A stretch of 63,770 nucleotides of DNA, counting the filler, from Asterionella formosa (taxonomy: Eukaryota): assembly GCA_002256025.1 (NCBI GenBank). It is 19 parts of 19 records of this genome, joined end to end, with 100 filler letters (N's around TTAATTAATTAA, not from the genome) between each part and the next. Parts side by side here need not be neighbours in the genome. Positions count along the whole stretch, not along the records: positions 1,356 to 21,706 come from NKIB01003388.1; positions 21,807 to 23,060 come from NKIB01003389.1; 17 more parts are not named here. One strand, written 5' to 3'. Under the pieces are notes generated by a model. The model had not been told where the DNA came from. It made no database searches and was given only the letters and a program-made list of their open reading frames with translations. The position numbers and the translations under genes are program-made. Each line of letters begins with the position of its first letter. Within the stretch, counting starts at the first letter, position 1. Shown here in pieces: positions 12,611-23,160 of the stretch.

Positions 12611-13210
12611 GGTTGTGGCCCTGCAGTTACAAATTGCGAGGTCCATTTTTTCCCAAAATATTTTGATGATGTACCTCAATCCACACATCACGTACAAGTA
12701 AATATAGAAGTTAAAGGTTAAATTAGCTTTCACCATTACGACCACTTTGCATATTCTTAGATACTGTCATTTTGCGACTTAGGGGTATGATCTATATACA
12801 GATATGGTAAGGACCCCATTTCTGGAGAGAAGTGGCAGTTATGTATCATAGATTTGTAACTACCGCAAAAATAGTCAATAAAAGGGGCTACGAAGCTTTT
12901 CAAAAAATCTTTGATACATAACTGCCACTTCTCTCCAGAAGTTAACTCCTGACGTTATAGGGTACACGGCTATCTATTTTAATCATCATGACCCCGTAGA
13001 CGTAGAGCAATCCTCTTCCTAAAAGTCGACCCAATCGGTTTTTTCAACAGTTGCCAAGATATTGGAATCGGAATTAGTAAGTGCAAAAACGTTCTCGAAG
13101 ACTTAGAGTCTTGCACAGGTATGTTTTGCTGAATAATTCTGTCCGAAAAGACTCCAGGGTAAGTTCCCGCGCTACACATGCATATTCTGATTGGTTGAAT
13201 TGAATTTACT
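12611..13210 (-). mobile_element. Diverged inverted relative of the TTAA element (subfamily D, copy D1), tail-to-tail with copy A
   Basis: Starts TTAA|GGTTGTGGCC. The reverse complement of 12937-13210 aligns with the CCAAT/ORF/GTTAACTT region of copy B. Hairpin at 12820-12940. The far end was not located. Confidence 0.7.
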
Positions 13211-13999
13211 CGCCTGCTCCAGATCGGCTGCAGTATCTTGGTCTTGTAAAATTACAATTACGCCAGCCATACTTGAACCACATGTATTAGATGTACTGTA
13301 CCGGTACCTGGTAGGGAAAATAAGTACTACCGGTAGTTTCATCATCCATCGTCATTAACCAAGATTATGTACTACTGGTACCAGTTACCCTGGCACACCG
13401 TTACTCCGGCCGGTATAAACGGATTAAAAATATCATGAGTATACATTTAGGCATACTCCTGATTTATATGTGTGTTAATGGCGTGGAACAAAATTATGTC
13501 TACATCCAGCAACGTATATCATTTTTGTTTGTTTAAAATGGAACTCTTTCAATCTGGCGCCGACTCCTATTTAATTCAATATTCAAATGGAGACTTGAAT
13601 CATGGGAACTCATAGGAGCAAACTCCCTGTTCCATACCGTTTTTACAACCCTAGCGACGTTTTCTCCAAACTAGGGTTAAGCCTCACATGCAATGTTAAA
13701 GGGTGAATTGATGACATTTTCTATGTAAATAAACGCCTGTCCTGCGTCACGTTATCAATTTCAGCAAAATGGCTGACCGCAACCACTTGCATGTACCCCC
13801 GTACATAGGAGCCCATTGTCCACTGTCGTGGCTGACGGTCACACGTTGAACAGATCGCCTTGGTTGAAATATGGCTGTACGCCTCAATGTGCTTTCATTG
13901 TGAACTATCGCCAACCAATTTACCCCGGTAGTCCAATTAACCGGGACCGGCAGATCTGTGCTTTACAATTTTAGCATTTGCTAAACTGGAACAGAACGA

Positions 14000-14824
14000 A
14001 TGCGCTCAGGGATCGCAATAGTTCTTCTTCTGGTTCATTTTCTCGCAATCTTACCCCCACGCACTAGTGCGACCAAAAGCGCAACACCGAGAGTTTATGC
14101 CAGAATGTCGCCACGTGTGAAGAATGTCGATTCGACTGTTTTGAGTGAACTGAAAGAAACTATTAAGAAGCAAGCGGCAGAAATTGATTCGTTGAGAAAA
14201 CAGAATGGACCTACAGTAATTCCATCCGTTGGCCATGGGCCTCAGGCTGGAATTGAAGATATTGGTCTTTATCTCCAGAAACCCTTTTACGCGATCGCCG
14301 TTCAGCGAGTTGGGTGGCTGAGCATATTTCTTGCATCGTTATCGCTGACAGCTCTCATCATGAATGAATTCGAGCATACACTATCGCGTCAAATCGAACT
14401 GGCATACTTTGTTCCTCTCCTGGCTGGCCATGGAGGCAACACGGGAGGACAGGTGGTCGGGACCGTCCTCTCAGCCTTGTCATCAGGTGCTGTATCCGTC
14501 AAGGATGCATATAAAGTGGTAATCAAGGAGGCCATGTCGGGGTTGATGGTCGGTTGCATCCTTGGTATTTTCGTTGGTTCGCTAGCTCACTACTTAATGG
14601 GTATTTCTGTTGCTGTATCCGTTGTGGTTTTTGCTACACTTCCTCTAGTATCTACCATTGCAGCTACACTCGGATCCACAATTCCTTTCGTGTGTGTTGC
14701 GGTTGGTCTCGATCCAAGTGTGATTGCTGCACCAGCCATGACAACCTTTGTGGATGTCACAGGGTTGCTCAGTTACTTTCTTATTGCGAACAAAGTGTTT
14801 CAGTTGTTCGGTTTGGAACTGTAG
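14000..14824 (+). CDS. mgtE: MgtE/SLC41-type magnesium transporter (membrane domain only, N-terminal signal peptide)
   Basis: AYFVPLLAGHGGNTGGQ and DPSVIAAPAMTTFVDVTG match the MgtE TM2 and TM5 motifs, including the conserved Asp. Five hydrophobic helices. Confidence 0.9.
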   Translation: MRSGIAIVLLLVHFLAILPPRTSATKSATPRVYARMSPRVKNVDSTVLSELKETIKKQAAEIDSLRKQNGPTVIPSVGHGPQAGIEDIGLYLQKPFYAIAVQRVGWLSIFLASLSLTALIMNEFEHTLSRQIELAYFVPLLAGHGGNTGGQVVGTVLSALSSGAVSVKDAYKVVIKEAMSGLMVGCILGIFVGSLAHYLMGISVAVSVVVFATLPLVSTIAATLGSTIPFVCVAVGLDPSVIAAPAMTTFVDVTGLLSYFLIANKVFQLFGLEL

Positions 14825-14866
14825 AGTCCCATCATTCTGATAATATGGCTATTTCCTCTTTTTTTA

Positions 14867-15098
14867 TTCCCCTACTGCTGTATCATTGTCATCATTTTTT
14901 CCCTCTTGCTCCTCATTAAGGCTGTGGCCCTGAAAACATCAGCTCAAAATAGGGTACAGCAAAACCTTTTTAATATTTTAAATGTAATCTAACGCTCACC
15001 GGGAAACTAATTCCCCACTGCTGTATCATTCTTCCCTCCCGCTGCTCATTAAGGCCGTGGCCCTGGAAATACCAGTGTGCAATAGGGTACAGCAAAAA
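14867..15098 (+). repeat. Diverged direct repeat (about 90-100 bp, twice) containing a TTAA|GG terminus-like motif
   Basis: ACTGCTGTATCATT...CTCATTAAGGC(T/C)GTGGCCCTG...AATAGGGTACAGCAAAA occurs at about 14867 and about 15011. Confidence 0.75.
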
Positions 15099-15834
15099 CT
15101 ATCATTTCTTTGTGTGTAATCGAGCCAACAAAGTGGAAACAATAGATAAATCTAAATGAAGTGTTCACCAATCTTGACACTAGTAAAAAGTTAGCTTTTG
15201 GCAACAAGTTGCACTTTCATAGGGCCACTTTTGCCAATATACATGCTATTGATATTATTGATACTATTTCTGTTCAATGGATACTTGAATCAATGAGGAG
15301 GAAGGGTCTTATCATCCTAACAAGATGGACCAGAATATTCGGAAAGTCACATGTTGCCTGTAGCGAACTATCCATAAGAGTTTTGCCACCATTGGAGCTG
15401 CCACTGATGTGAGGAAATCATGATTCTATACTTGTTTCGAAACCAAACTATGGTGGAATGATCAAGTATACAGTTCATAATTGCTATTTTGTTGCCTGTA
15501 TGGATGTTTGAGTAAGGATGCAACATAAAACTAGATCTGAAATAAGAGAAAGTGGGATTGATTTTAGCTGTCATGATACACTCAGACTAATATTGGAAGT
15601 ATACTATTGGCGTGCAGGTACTGCCTATTAAGAGGTAAGGAATTCACCATGTATGCATAATATTGCAAATGTATATCATCTGATCTTTTTACGACTGTCT
15701 AATTCTCTGCTTTATCGTTACCCCATACATAACTCAACTAATAATCGATTTCGCTTTGTAGTTTGTATTACCTGGCTTGTTGCTGCTCTTGTATAACAGC
15801 GCACAAATGGGTTTAGATAAAGCAACGCGAAAGC

Positions 15835-16551
15835 CTAGATAATTTCTCCTGCAGTACCTCCAATTGCCTCTGGTTCAGCTGAAAATTCTGCAGTGGAATG
15901 CACACCTGCACTTCCATTTTCAGATACAGCGTCAACATAATCCTTCAAGGCGGAGCCATCAGCATCCAAGGCTAGCTCAGAGCCCATAGCAATGTCTTTC
16001 GAAAGTGGGATTGACTGGGCAGTCCTCTTCTTGTAGATAAAAAAAGCCATGCCCCCCACCACTCCAAGCGCCAATAAGACAATAGCAGCTGTTACCCCTG
16101 CACTTAAACCTCCACTACTACTGCTTGTGCCTTGAGAAGCCGAGGGGAATCCATATTGAGTTGTTGATCCGTCAAATGGCCACCCTTGTGGCTGAGTGCC
16201 GGCCACAAACTGACAATGGGGGCCTGTGTACGCAGTAGGACATGTGCATCCAAGATGAGCAGAAGATGCTGAAACTGTAGCAATGCACACTCCTTGATTT
16301 GTACAAAAGGAAGTTTGAGAGACCTCTTGACCAAAGGTACAGTAGGACGTCGCGACGTGTTCGCAAAACAAACCAGCATAAGCTTTGTTTTGAAAGGCTT
16401 GGTCGCAATCGCAGTAGAACGAGCCTTCGTCGTTCGGATTTTCAACGCACATAGATCCGTTCTCGCATCTATGGCCGTCGGTGCATATCAAAAACGATGT
16501 CGGCATGGTTGGTGCGTTGGTGTTGGTGATCAGAATTGCATTGTTAGACAA
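15835..16551 (-). CDS. EGF-like repeat, single-pass membrane protein (5' end unresolved)
   Basis: Two EGF-like Cys patterns (CENGSMC...CDC...YAGLFCE; CTNQGVC...CTCPTAYTGPHC), then the TM segment AAIVLLALGVVGGMAFFIY followed by KKR. The ORF starts at a TTG. Confidence 0.8.
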   Translation of the reverse strand: MSNNAILITNTNAPTMPTSFLICTDGHRCENGSMCVENPNDEGSFYCDCDQAFQNKAYAGLFCEHVATSYCTFGQEVSQTSFCTNQGVCIATVSASSAHLGCTCPTAYTGPHCQFVAGTQPQGWPFDGSTTQYGFPSASQGTSSSSGGLSAGVTAAIVLLALGVVGGMAFFIYKKRTAQSIPLSKDIAMGSELALDADGSALKDYVDAVSENGSAGVHSTAEFSAEPEAIGGTAGEII

Positions 16552-17091
16552 GCAATGCGCATTCCTGATTAGGTGCGCTTGCCTTAGTTCTGATTTCGGT
16601 TTTCGGCATCGTGCGGAATAGTATCTTCATGGCTGAATGTTTATATTTGAGCTACCTCGTACTCAACTGACAATGATTGCTATTTATACACGAATATGTG
16701 GATATAGCATTGCATGATTTAAATATAAAAATATACACAGGGGAATATAGTTTCAAGAATGAAGTTATCTCGCCTCCGGATTCCATGTATAAATAATATC
16801 TTCCTAGTATCAAATCTACGGACTACCCTACACGGTGCTTCTGACCCTCCTCCTCACCATGCTCCTTTCGGGCTCTACTGCTGCCACTCTCCTGCATAAT
16901 CATCCCTCTCCGTCACTCTCTTTCCTTGACATTGCTCCTCTATGGAGATGACGATCCTCCTTTCATCCACATCTACAATGCTGATTATTGGTACAGCCAC
17001 CACAAAAAAGTGCCAGTCAAATGTGATCACCCAGCCATATTAATTATTTGGGTGGCCCAATGTGGTGAATTTGGCTGTATACATAATTTAA

Positions 17092-18117
17092 GATTCCTGC
17101 ATTTGAACCCCTAGGCAAAAGTTAAGATATTGCTGAGAGTTGCCGAAATTCCCTGGAACTACCAATTTTTATGAGCTTATTTTGAATGACATGACTCCAT
17201 TTGAAATATTTAAATCAATGGAAATTTGTGCGCATTTCTTTTTCGAATTTGCTAAATATATAGATAGAAACAGTCTACCTCACTCCATGTACATATGCCC
17301 TATACTACGATAAACATATTTGTGACATATGACCCAGTGCATTCCAGTACGGTACTGGTATGCATATGATCACTGATGATCAGCTACCTCCTATTGTGGA
17401 TATTCCACCAGCCAACTCGCTCCCAAGAAAATTGTATGTGTGCTTCTAGCAGTGTGGCCAGCGTGGGTCAGCAGGATCACGCAAACTGGGCCAATCAAAT
17501 GGCGGGAAGTAATTCAATTTGACCAATCAGAATATTTATAGTAAAGCAGGCACTTACAATGGATTTTTGTAAAGGAGATTGTAGGACGAAAACTTGAATC
17601 ACAAGGCTCCTATTCCGATGATGATGTTTCGGCTATTAATGATTCTGATTCCTACATTTTGGAGACCGTTGAGAAGGCCGATTGTGTCGGATTTTTGGCT
17701 GATGATTACTCAATGTTGGCAGGGTTTGAAGAAGAGTTAAGTTGATAGGTATTCTTCATATAGACCCAGAAGTTAACTTTCGGCGAGAAACTGCAGAAAG
17801 GAACTTGATTTTTTTGCTAGGCCAAATAAACTGTTTGGCCTGGTAAAATCCACTATTTTCAGCATATTAAAAAAACAGAAGTTCCTTTCTGCACTTTCTC
17901 GCTAGATCCTATATCCTGACAATATATAGCATTGACCTAGTATACCCCTACTTTGATCAATGACTATAAATAGGCATATGGAAAGGGTGTATATTGGTGA
18001 AAGCTCCGTTTAGCGATATACATTCATATTTTACTCGTAAGAAGTGTGTGTTTGACTACTCTGACTTGATATTGTTTTTTAACCCTACCTCGAGCTAGGG
18101 GTTCAAATGCAGGAACC
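17092..18117 (+). mobile_element. TTAA-flanked TIR element, copy B (1026 bp, both ends present)
   Basis: TTAA|GATTCCTGCATTTGAACCCCTAG ... CTAGGGGTTCAAATGCAGGAACC|TTAA: a 23-bp TIR with 1 mismatch and TTAA on both sides. Confidence 0.9.
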
Positions 18118-18121
18118 TTAA

Positions 18122-19346
18122 GGTTGCTACATTTGAAACCCTAGGCAAAAATAAAAATATTGCTTAGGGTTGCCAAAATTCCCTGGAATTAAGAATTTAA
18201 TTATCTATTTTTGAATGACGTGATCCCATTTGAAATATTTAAATCAGTGGAAATTTGCGAATACGAACATAGATTCCTTGTCGAAATCGCTAAATATATA
18301 TATAAACACTCTTAGTGGCTGTATGTATATATACCCTAAAAATACGATCAACATATATGCATGGACACTCTATACTCCGATTAACGATTTTATATACTAT
18401 GCATTGAATCCGTTCGACATATTCAAATCACGTAATATATATATATATATATATATTTAGATTCTACATCGCTTGATGTGCATATACCAGTACTACAATC
18501 TATACCGGTACTCCGATCAACGACTATGTGTCATGTATACGACCCGGCGGCTCAGCAAATATTTGAAAGTGGACTCAAGGAGCAGTAAGCGTATGTCCAA
18601 TGATGATCATCTACTGGTGCCCGTCGTGAAAATAGCACCGGACTGTCAGTACACCCAAGAAAATGTTACATGTTTATCCAATGTGGCCGGCGTGGGTTTG
18701 CAAGACCTCGCAAACCAGGCCAATCAAACAGAGGAATGTTATTCACGTTCACCAATCATATTTAAAAAGTGGAAGCGGGCACTTACAATGGAATTTTTTG
18801 GACAGGAGAATTTAGGACTAAAAATTCCTGCACACGACTACCATTTCGATGATGACGTTTCGGCACTTAATCATTCTGATTCCGATATTTTGGCGACTGT
18901 AGAAAAGGCCGATTTTTTCGAGATTTTGGACGACGATAGCTAAACGTTGGCTGGGTCTGACGGCGATTTAGATACATAGGTAACTTTCAAATAGCATCAG
19001 TATATGACTTCTTGCGAGAAACTGCAGAAAGGAACTTCGCTTTTTTACTATGCCGAATAAACAGATTTCCTGCGAATTTTCGAATCTTTTTAGCATAGTT
19101 AAAAAATCGAAGTTCCTTTCTGCAGTTTCTGACCAGATCCTTTATACTGACGATATACTGAGTGGAACTACGCCCCTACTTTGTCCGAAGACTGTATTTA
19201 AGCATATGGAAAGGGTGTCTATTGGTGAAAGCTTCGTTGAGCGTTATACATATTTTATTTATATGTGGAAAGTATGCGTTTGATTAGTCTGACTCAATAT
19301 TATTTTATTAACCCAACCTCGAGCTAGGGGTTCAAATGCAGCAACC
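18122..19346 (+). mobile_element. TTAA-flanked TIR element, copy C (1225 bp), sharing one TTAA with B and one with D2
   Basis: TTAA|GGTTGCTACATTTGAAACCCTAG ... CTAGGGGTTCAAATGCAGCAACC|TTAA: a 23-bp TIR with 2 mismatches. Confidence 0.9.
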
Positions 19347-19350
19347 TTAA

Positions 19351-19753
19351 GGTTGCGGCCCAGCAGTTACACATTCTTATGAGGTCCGTTTTTTCCCAAA
19401 ATAATTATATGATGTACCTTAATCCTCACATTACGTTCAAGTACATTAAATAGTTGAAGGTAAAATTAGCTTTCACCAATATGACCACTTTGCACATGCT
19501 TACTAGATACAGTCATGGGTCGACTTAGGAGGGGTATGTTCTATCTTCGGATAAGGTCAGGACCTCATTTCTGGAAAGAAACTGCAGTTATGTATCGTAG
19601 AATCGTAACTATCGCAAAAATAGTCAAAAAAGGGGCAACAAAGCTTTTCTAAAAATCTACGATACATAAATGCAGTTTCTCTTCAGAAGTTAACTCCTGA
19701 CGTCATAGCAGGGTATACAGCTATATCTACTTTGATTTTGATGAAACCAAGTA
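19351..19753 (-). mobile_element. Subfamily D copy D2, interrupted at a TA by the pogo element
   Basis: Colinear with 12611-12998. Hairpin at about 19569-19688. Homology stops at TA 19752-19753. Confidence 0.8.
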
Positions 19754-19968
19754 CCGTAAAACCTGGTGTCTCGTATCCCCCCAGATACCTGTACCCCCCT
19801 TTGTACATCTGGCGCAACACTCCCAAATATTTCCTGTGTACAGAAAAAATAACACAACATAAACGTATTCTATTTATTAGTATGTATTTTCGTATATTAC
19901 CGGTACCCTACTGTTTCCGGTAAAGTATCATCACCTGTAAAATATCGTCACATATACCGGTTGGCAAC

Positions 19969-20361
19969 ATGATGATTGCGGACGACATTCGTGATGGCGA
20001 AATCCTTGGCCTCAGAGGTACCACCAATGGAAGAAGCTGTGAGCAGCATGCCTGCTGTGGGGCAATTGTGAGGCCGAATGATTGTGTTCGGTTCAAGGCA
20101 GCAGTGGTCCCGATTGATGGAGTTGATCAGGCAGGTATCAAGGCTGTTCTGATCCTTGATGGGACGGAACTGTGCACGGTTGGTTTCCTTGGCAAGAATA
20201 TTGCAGCTTTGAAGAAAACAAGTGACAAGTTTGTCAACAAGTTTGCTCAAGTTATTGAACTCTATGACTCTAGTGAAAATGCTGCCAAAAGGGCAAAAAG
20301 CCACAATAACCTTGGAGTTTGTTCATTCCGGCTTCTTGAGGACATCCAGATTCAGGAATAG
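19969..20361 (+). CDS. Transposon accessory protein, Cys/His motif plus HIRAN-like signature (130 aa)
   Basis: GRSCEQHACCG, then DQAGIKAVLILDGTELCTVGFLGKNIA, which resembles the HIRAN D-x-x-A-I-x-V...VG[FY][LV] pattern. Intact ORF between the TIR and the transposase. Confidence 0.65.
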   Translation: MMIADDIRDGEILGLRGTTNGRSCEQHACCGAIVRPNDCVRFKAAVVPIDGVDQAGIKAVLILDGTELCTVGFLGKNIAALKKTSDKFVNKFAQVIELYDSSENAAKRAKSHNNLGVCSFRLLEDIQIQE

Positions 20362-20600
20362 ATGTTATGAAAACTGGACAAGCCTTTGAATACTTCAACC
20401 AATCTACACTAGAATGTTAATAATAGTATTAGAAATTAGCATTTTCAGCATTAGAATCACTCCGTTTTGGGTTTTTTGTAGTCATCAGCTTAATTTATTT
20501 GCCTATTAGGAAATGCCATCCTGAATCTAATTGACGATAATGATTGTTTCACTAAAACTAAATGTTAAAATAGATTATCAAATAATCCAATCCTTATTGA

Positions 20601-21689
20601 CTAGTCAACATCAGCAAAGCCCTCATATCCAATGCTCTTCCAGGTATTGGTGATTGTTTGAATTGAGACTCTAGCCCATGCCATCTCTACCCATTGTGCA
20701 ATGTGGTGCCTTTGCACCTTGGGATTATCCACATTGGCAACCATGTAGTCTTCCCAATATCCTCTCATGTAGTCCTTGAAGGGCTTATTAACTCCTACAT
20801 CCAACACTTGAAGTCTAGATGTGTAGCCTGGGAGGACGAAATCAATCTCAGTGCCGCAATTTTTAATTGCATCAACACAACGTCCTACCTTGTGGACAGT
20901 AAAATCATCCATAAGAAGGTGAGTAGGCTCACCGCCTTTTCCCAACGCAAATGGTTGCCAAACTTTTTCGATCCATTGTAAAAATATGTCTGTATCAACC
21001 CAAGCTTTGGGTTGACAAGCGTATTTAATACTGACCGGAAAAAGTTGTTGATTGTTGTCTAGTAATCCCAATTGCCTGGAAATACGTCCATCCCTTGTTC
21101 CTGTAAATACAATGAATGGTGGCAACTTCTCACCACTCATTGTCACCCCTAACAACACAGTGCAACGATTCGAATTTCCTGTTGTTCGAAGCCCAATGGT
21201 CCTTTCGCCTCGGGTTGCCAAAGTCTTTGATCCAAACATGTCAAAATTGATGTTTGTCTCATCAATATTGACAATGTTTCCAGCAGGAAATTCGAACGCA
21301 GCAATTTGATTGTTGACGTAGGAAACAAAATCTTGAATTGTCTCCTGATCCAGCCTTGTATTTTGGGCGACACGAGTCACACGCCTAATGACAATGTCCT
21401 CACGGGCAAGCCAGCGCTTGATCCGTTTTTCAAGTGCCTTCAGCGACACATTTTCGTTCCCAGGTTGCCTCTTAAGCTCAACACTGAGCATCCTGGTGGT
21501 GCAGGCCCTATCTTGAAGCCGCAACTGGTCAAAAAGAGTCTTCAATCCTTCGAAATCAGCAGCACTTTTTGGAGAGCGGCCCGGGTGAGCGATTTTTTTC
21601 ATCAACACCTGCCTCTGAATCACACCTTCTTCCTGCAGAGGAATCTCCGCCACCTCCGCCGGAACCACAACCATTGCACCATCCAGCAT
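20601..21689 (-). CDS. pogo/DDE_1 transposase (DD35D); the frame stays open to the contig end
   Basis: IVNIDET, GEKLPPFIVF, KAWVD, LLMDDFTVH and PGYTSRLQVLDVGVNKPFK. There are 35 residues between the 2nd and 3rd Asp. Confidence 0.95.
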   Translation of the reverse strand: MLDGAMVVVPAEVAEIPLQEEGVIQRQVLMKKIAHPGRSPKSAADFEGLKTLFDQLRLQDRACTTRMLSVELKRQPGNENVSLKALEKRIKRWLAREDIVIRRVTRVAQNTRLDQETIQDFVSYVNNQIAAFEFPAGNIVNIDETNINFDMFGSKTLATRGERTIGLRTTGNSNRCTVLLGVTMSGEKLPPFIVFTGTRDGRISRQLGLLDNNQQLFPVSIKYACQPKAWVDTDIFLQWIEKVWQPFALGKGGEPTHLLMDDFTVHKVGRCVDAIKNCGTEIDFVLPGYTSRLQVLDVGVNKPFKDYMRGYWEDYMVANVDNPKVQRHHIAQWVEMAWARVSIQTITNTWKSIGYEGFADVD

Positions 21690-22534
21690 GGACTTCCAGC
21701 TCCGGANNNNNNNNNNNNNNNNNNNNNNNNNNNNNNNNNNNNNNNNNNNNTTAATTAATTAANNNNNNNNNNNNNNNNNNNNNNNNNNNNNNNNNNNNNN
21801 NNNNNNATTAACATGACAGGTTGATTAACATTTATCATTAGATTCAAGAACTATTGGTCTTACGAATACAGATACTGTATACTGGTACTTCATTGTCCTG
21901 GATCTCCCCCAATTTACACTGCCGTGACTGAATTTCTAGATTGATTTTACTCATGGGTCCAGGACAATGAAGATATTTCCCATATAATACCAATATTAAG
22001 CCTAAGTATATTTCATTAGCTCTACAGGGTAGCGCACATTTTTCTAAGATGCATTAACATGACAATTATTTCCGTGATGTGAAAAATGAGAGATTTCTTG
22101 AGAATGACGCTTTTCGATTTGGTCCGTATATCATACACAACATAGAAAACACAATCGTAAAAAAGAATTATTCTAATAAAACAAATATTAAAATCTAAAT
22201 TAGAGACGCAAATGGCACAATTTTTCATCAAGTTTATGGATGCACAATTCAAAACGACGATGCTCTGAACGGATTTGACATTGTCACAGTAGCTGCGCAA
22301 TCACTCCAACAACGACTATAACAATACCATGATAGAATGCAGGAAAATAAGTGAAACAATTGGTTGTTTGTATCGACGCCGCAAAAGGATGCATTGCATG
22401 CCTTGGGTTTCTTGACAATGCCCCCCCCCCAATTGTGTGAAGGGAATTTGTTCGTAATGCATAATGCACAAAAATCACAGCATGATTTGATTGGCTTGCA
22501 GCGATTNNNNNNNNNNCCCCCCCCCCCCCCCCTA

Positions 22535-22800
22535 GTGTTGTCACAGTAAATGACATTCATATTCACTTTGTGTCCATGTGCTTCAATAAATAGTTTTGTC
22601 CACAACATCTTTGATAAAATGTCGTCAACACCAACTAATTCTGCTTCAGTCGAACTCTCATGTTCGCTTTCTGTTTCATAGACACTGAACAAATAATTCC
22701 TTGTCCAAATGACAATGTAACTCCTGTGTAACTTTTAAACTCCTTGTGGACTGCAAATGCAAATGCCACATCTATGTACCATTTTTTTAATTTTGCTGTT
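22535..22800 (-). mobile_element. Degenerate Ty1/Copia RNase H fragment
   Basis: KWYIDVAFAFAVHKEFKSYTG...KQK / SSTEAELVGVDD...LWTKLFIEAHG...IYCDN, frameshifted. Confidence 0.85.
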
Positions 22801-23160
22801 CCATTGCTTCCAAAATCATCATTCTGTGAAAGTAATGATAGTGCTAAATCTTCATCCTTGTCATCAAAGACTGTTGGTTCGAAGAAAGGAAAATGTTTAT
22901 CTTCTTCATCCAATCATTTCCATCATTCCTCTGCTATGGTACAACCCATACATGTAAAGCAGTACTCAGACTGAGCATAAGGAATTGATACCGATCTGTT
23001 ATGTCATATCTGATGAAATCCAAATCAGCAGAATTTATTAGCGAAATCTGCAGAATCGGCNNNNNNNNNNNNNNNNNNNNNNNNNNNNNNNNNNNNNNNN
23101 NNNNTTAATTAATTAANNNNNNNNNNNNNNNNNNNNNNNNNNNNNNNNNNNNNNNNNNNN

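Larger units (their letters stand above)
19754..21706 (-). mobile_element. pogo-type (DD35D, Passer-like) DNA transposon, 3' part up to the contig end
   Basis: Terminus TA|CCGTAAAACC with GTA(T)CCCCC subterminal repeats. Contains the transposase and a convergent second ORF. Confidence 0.85.

Noticed and set aside
17092..19346. piggyBac assignment for the TTAA elements
   Set aside because: The termini begin GG/GA rather than CC and no transposase is present. Kolobok-like fits better but remains unproven.
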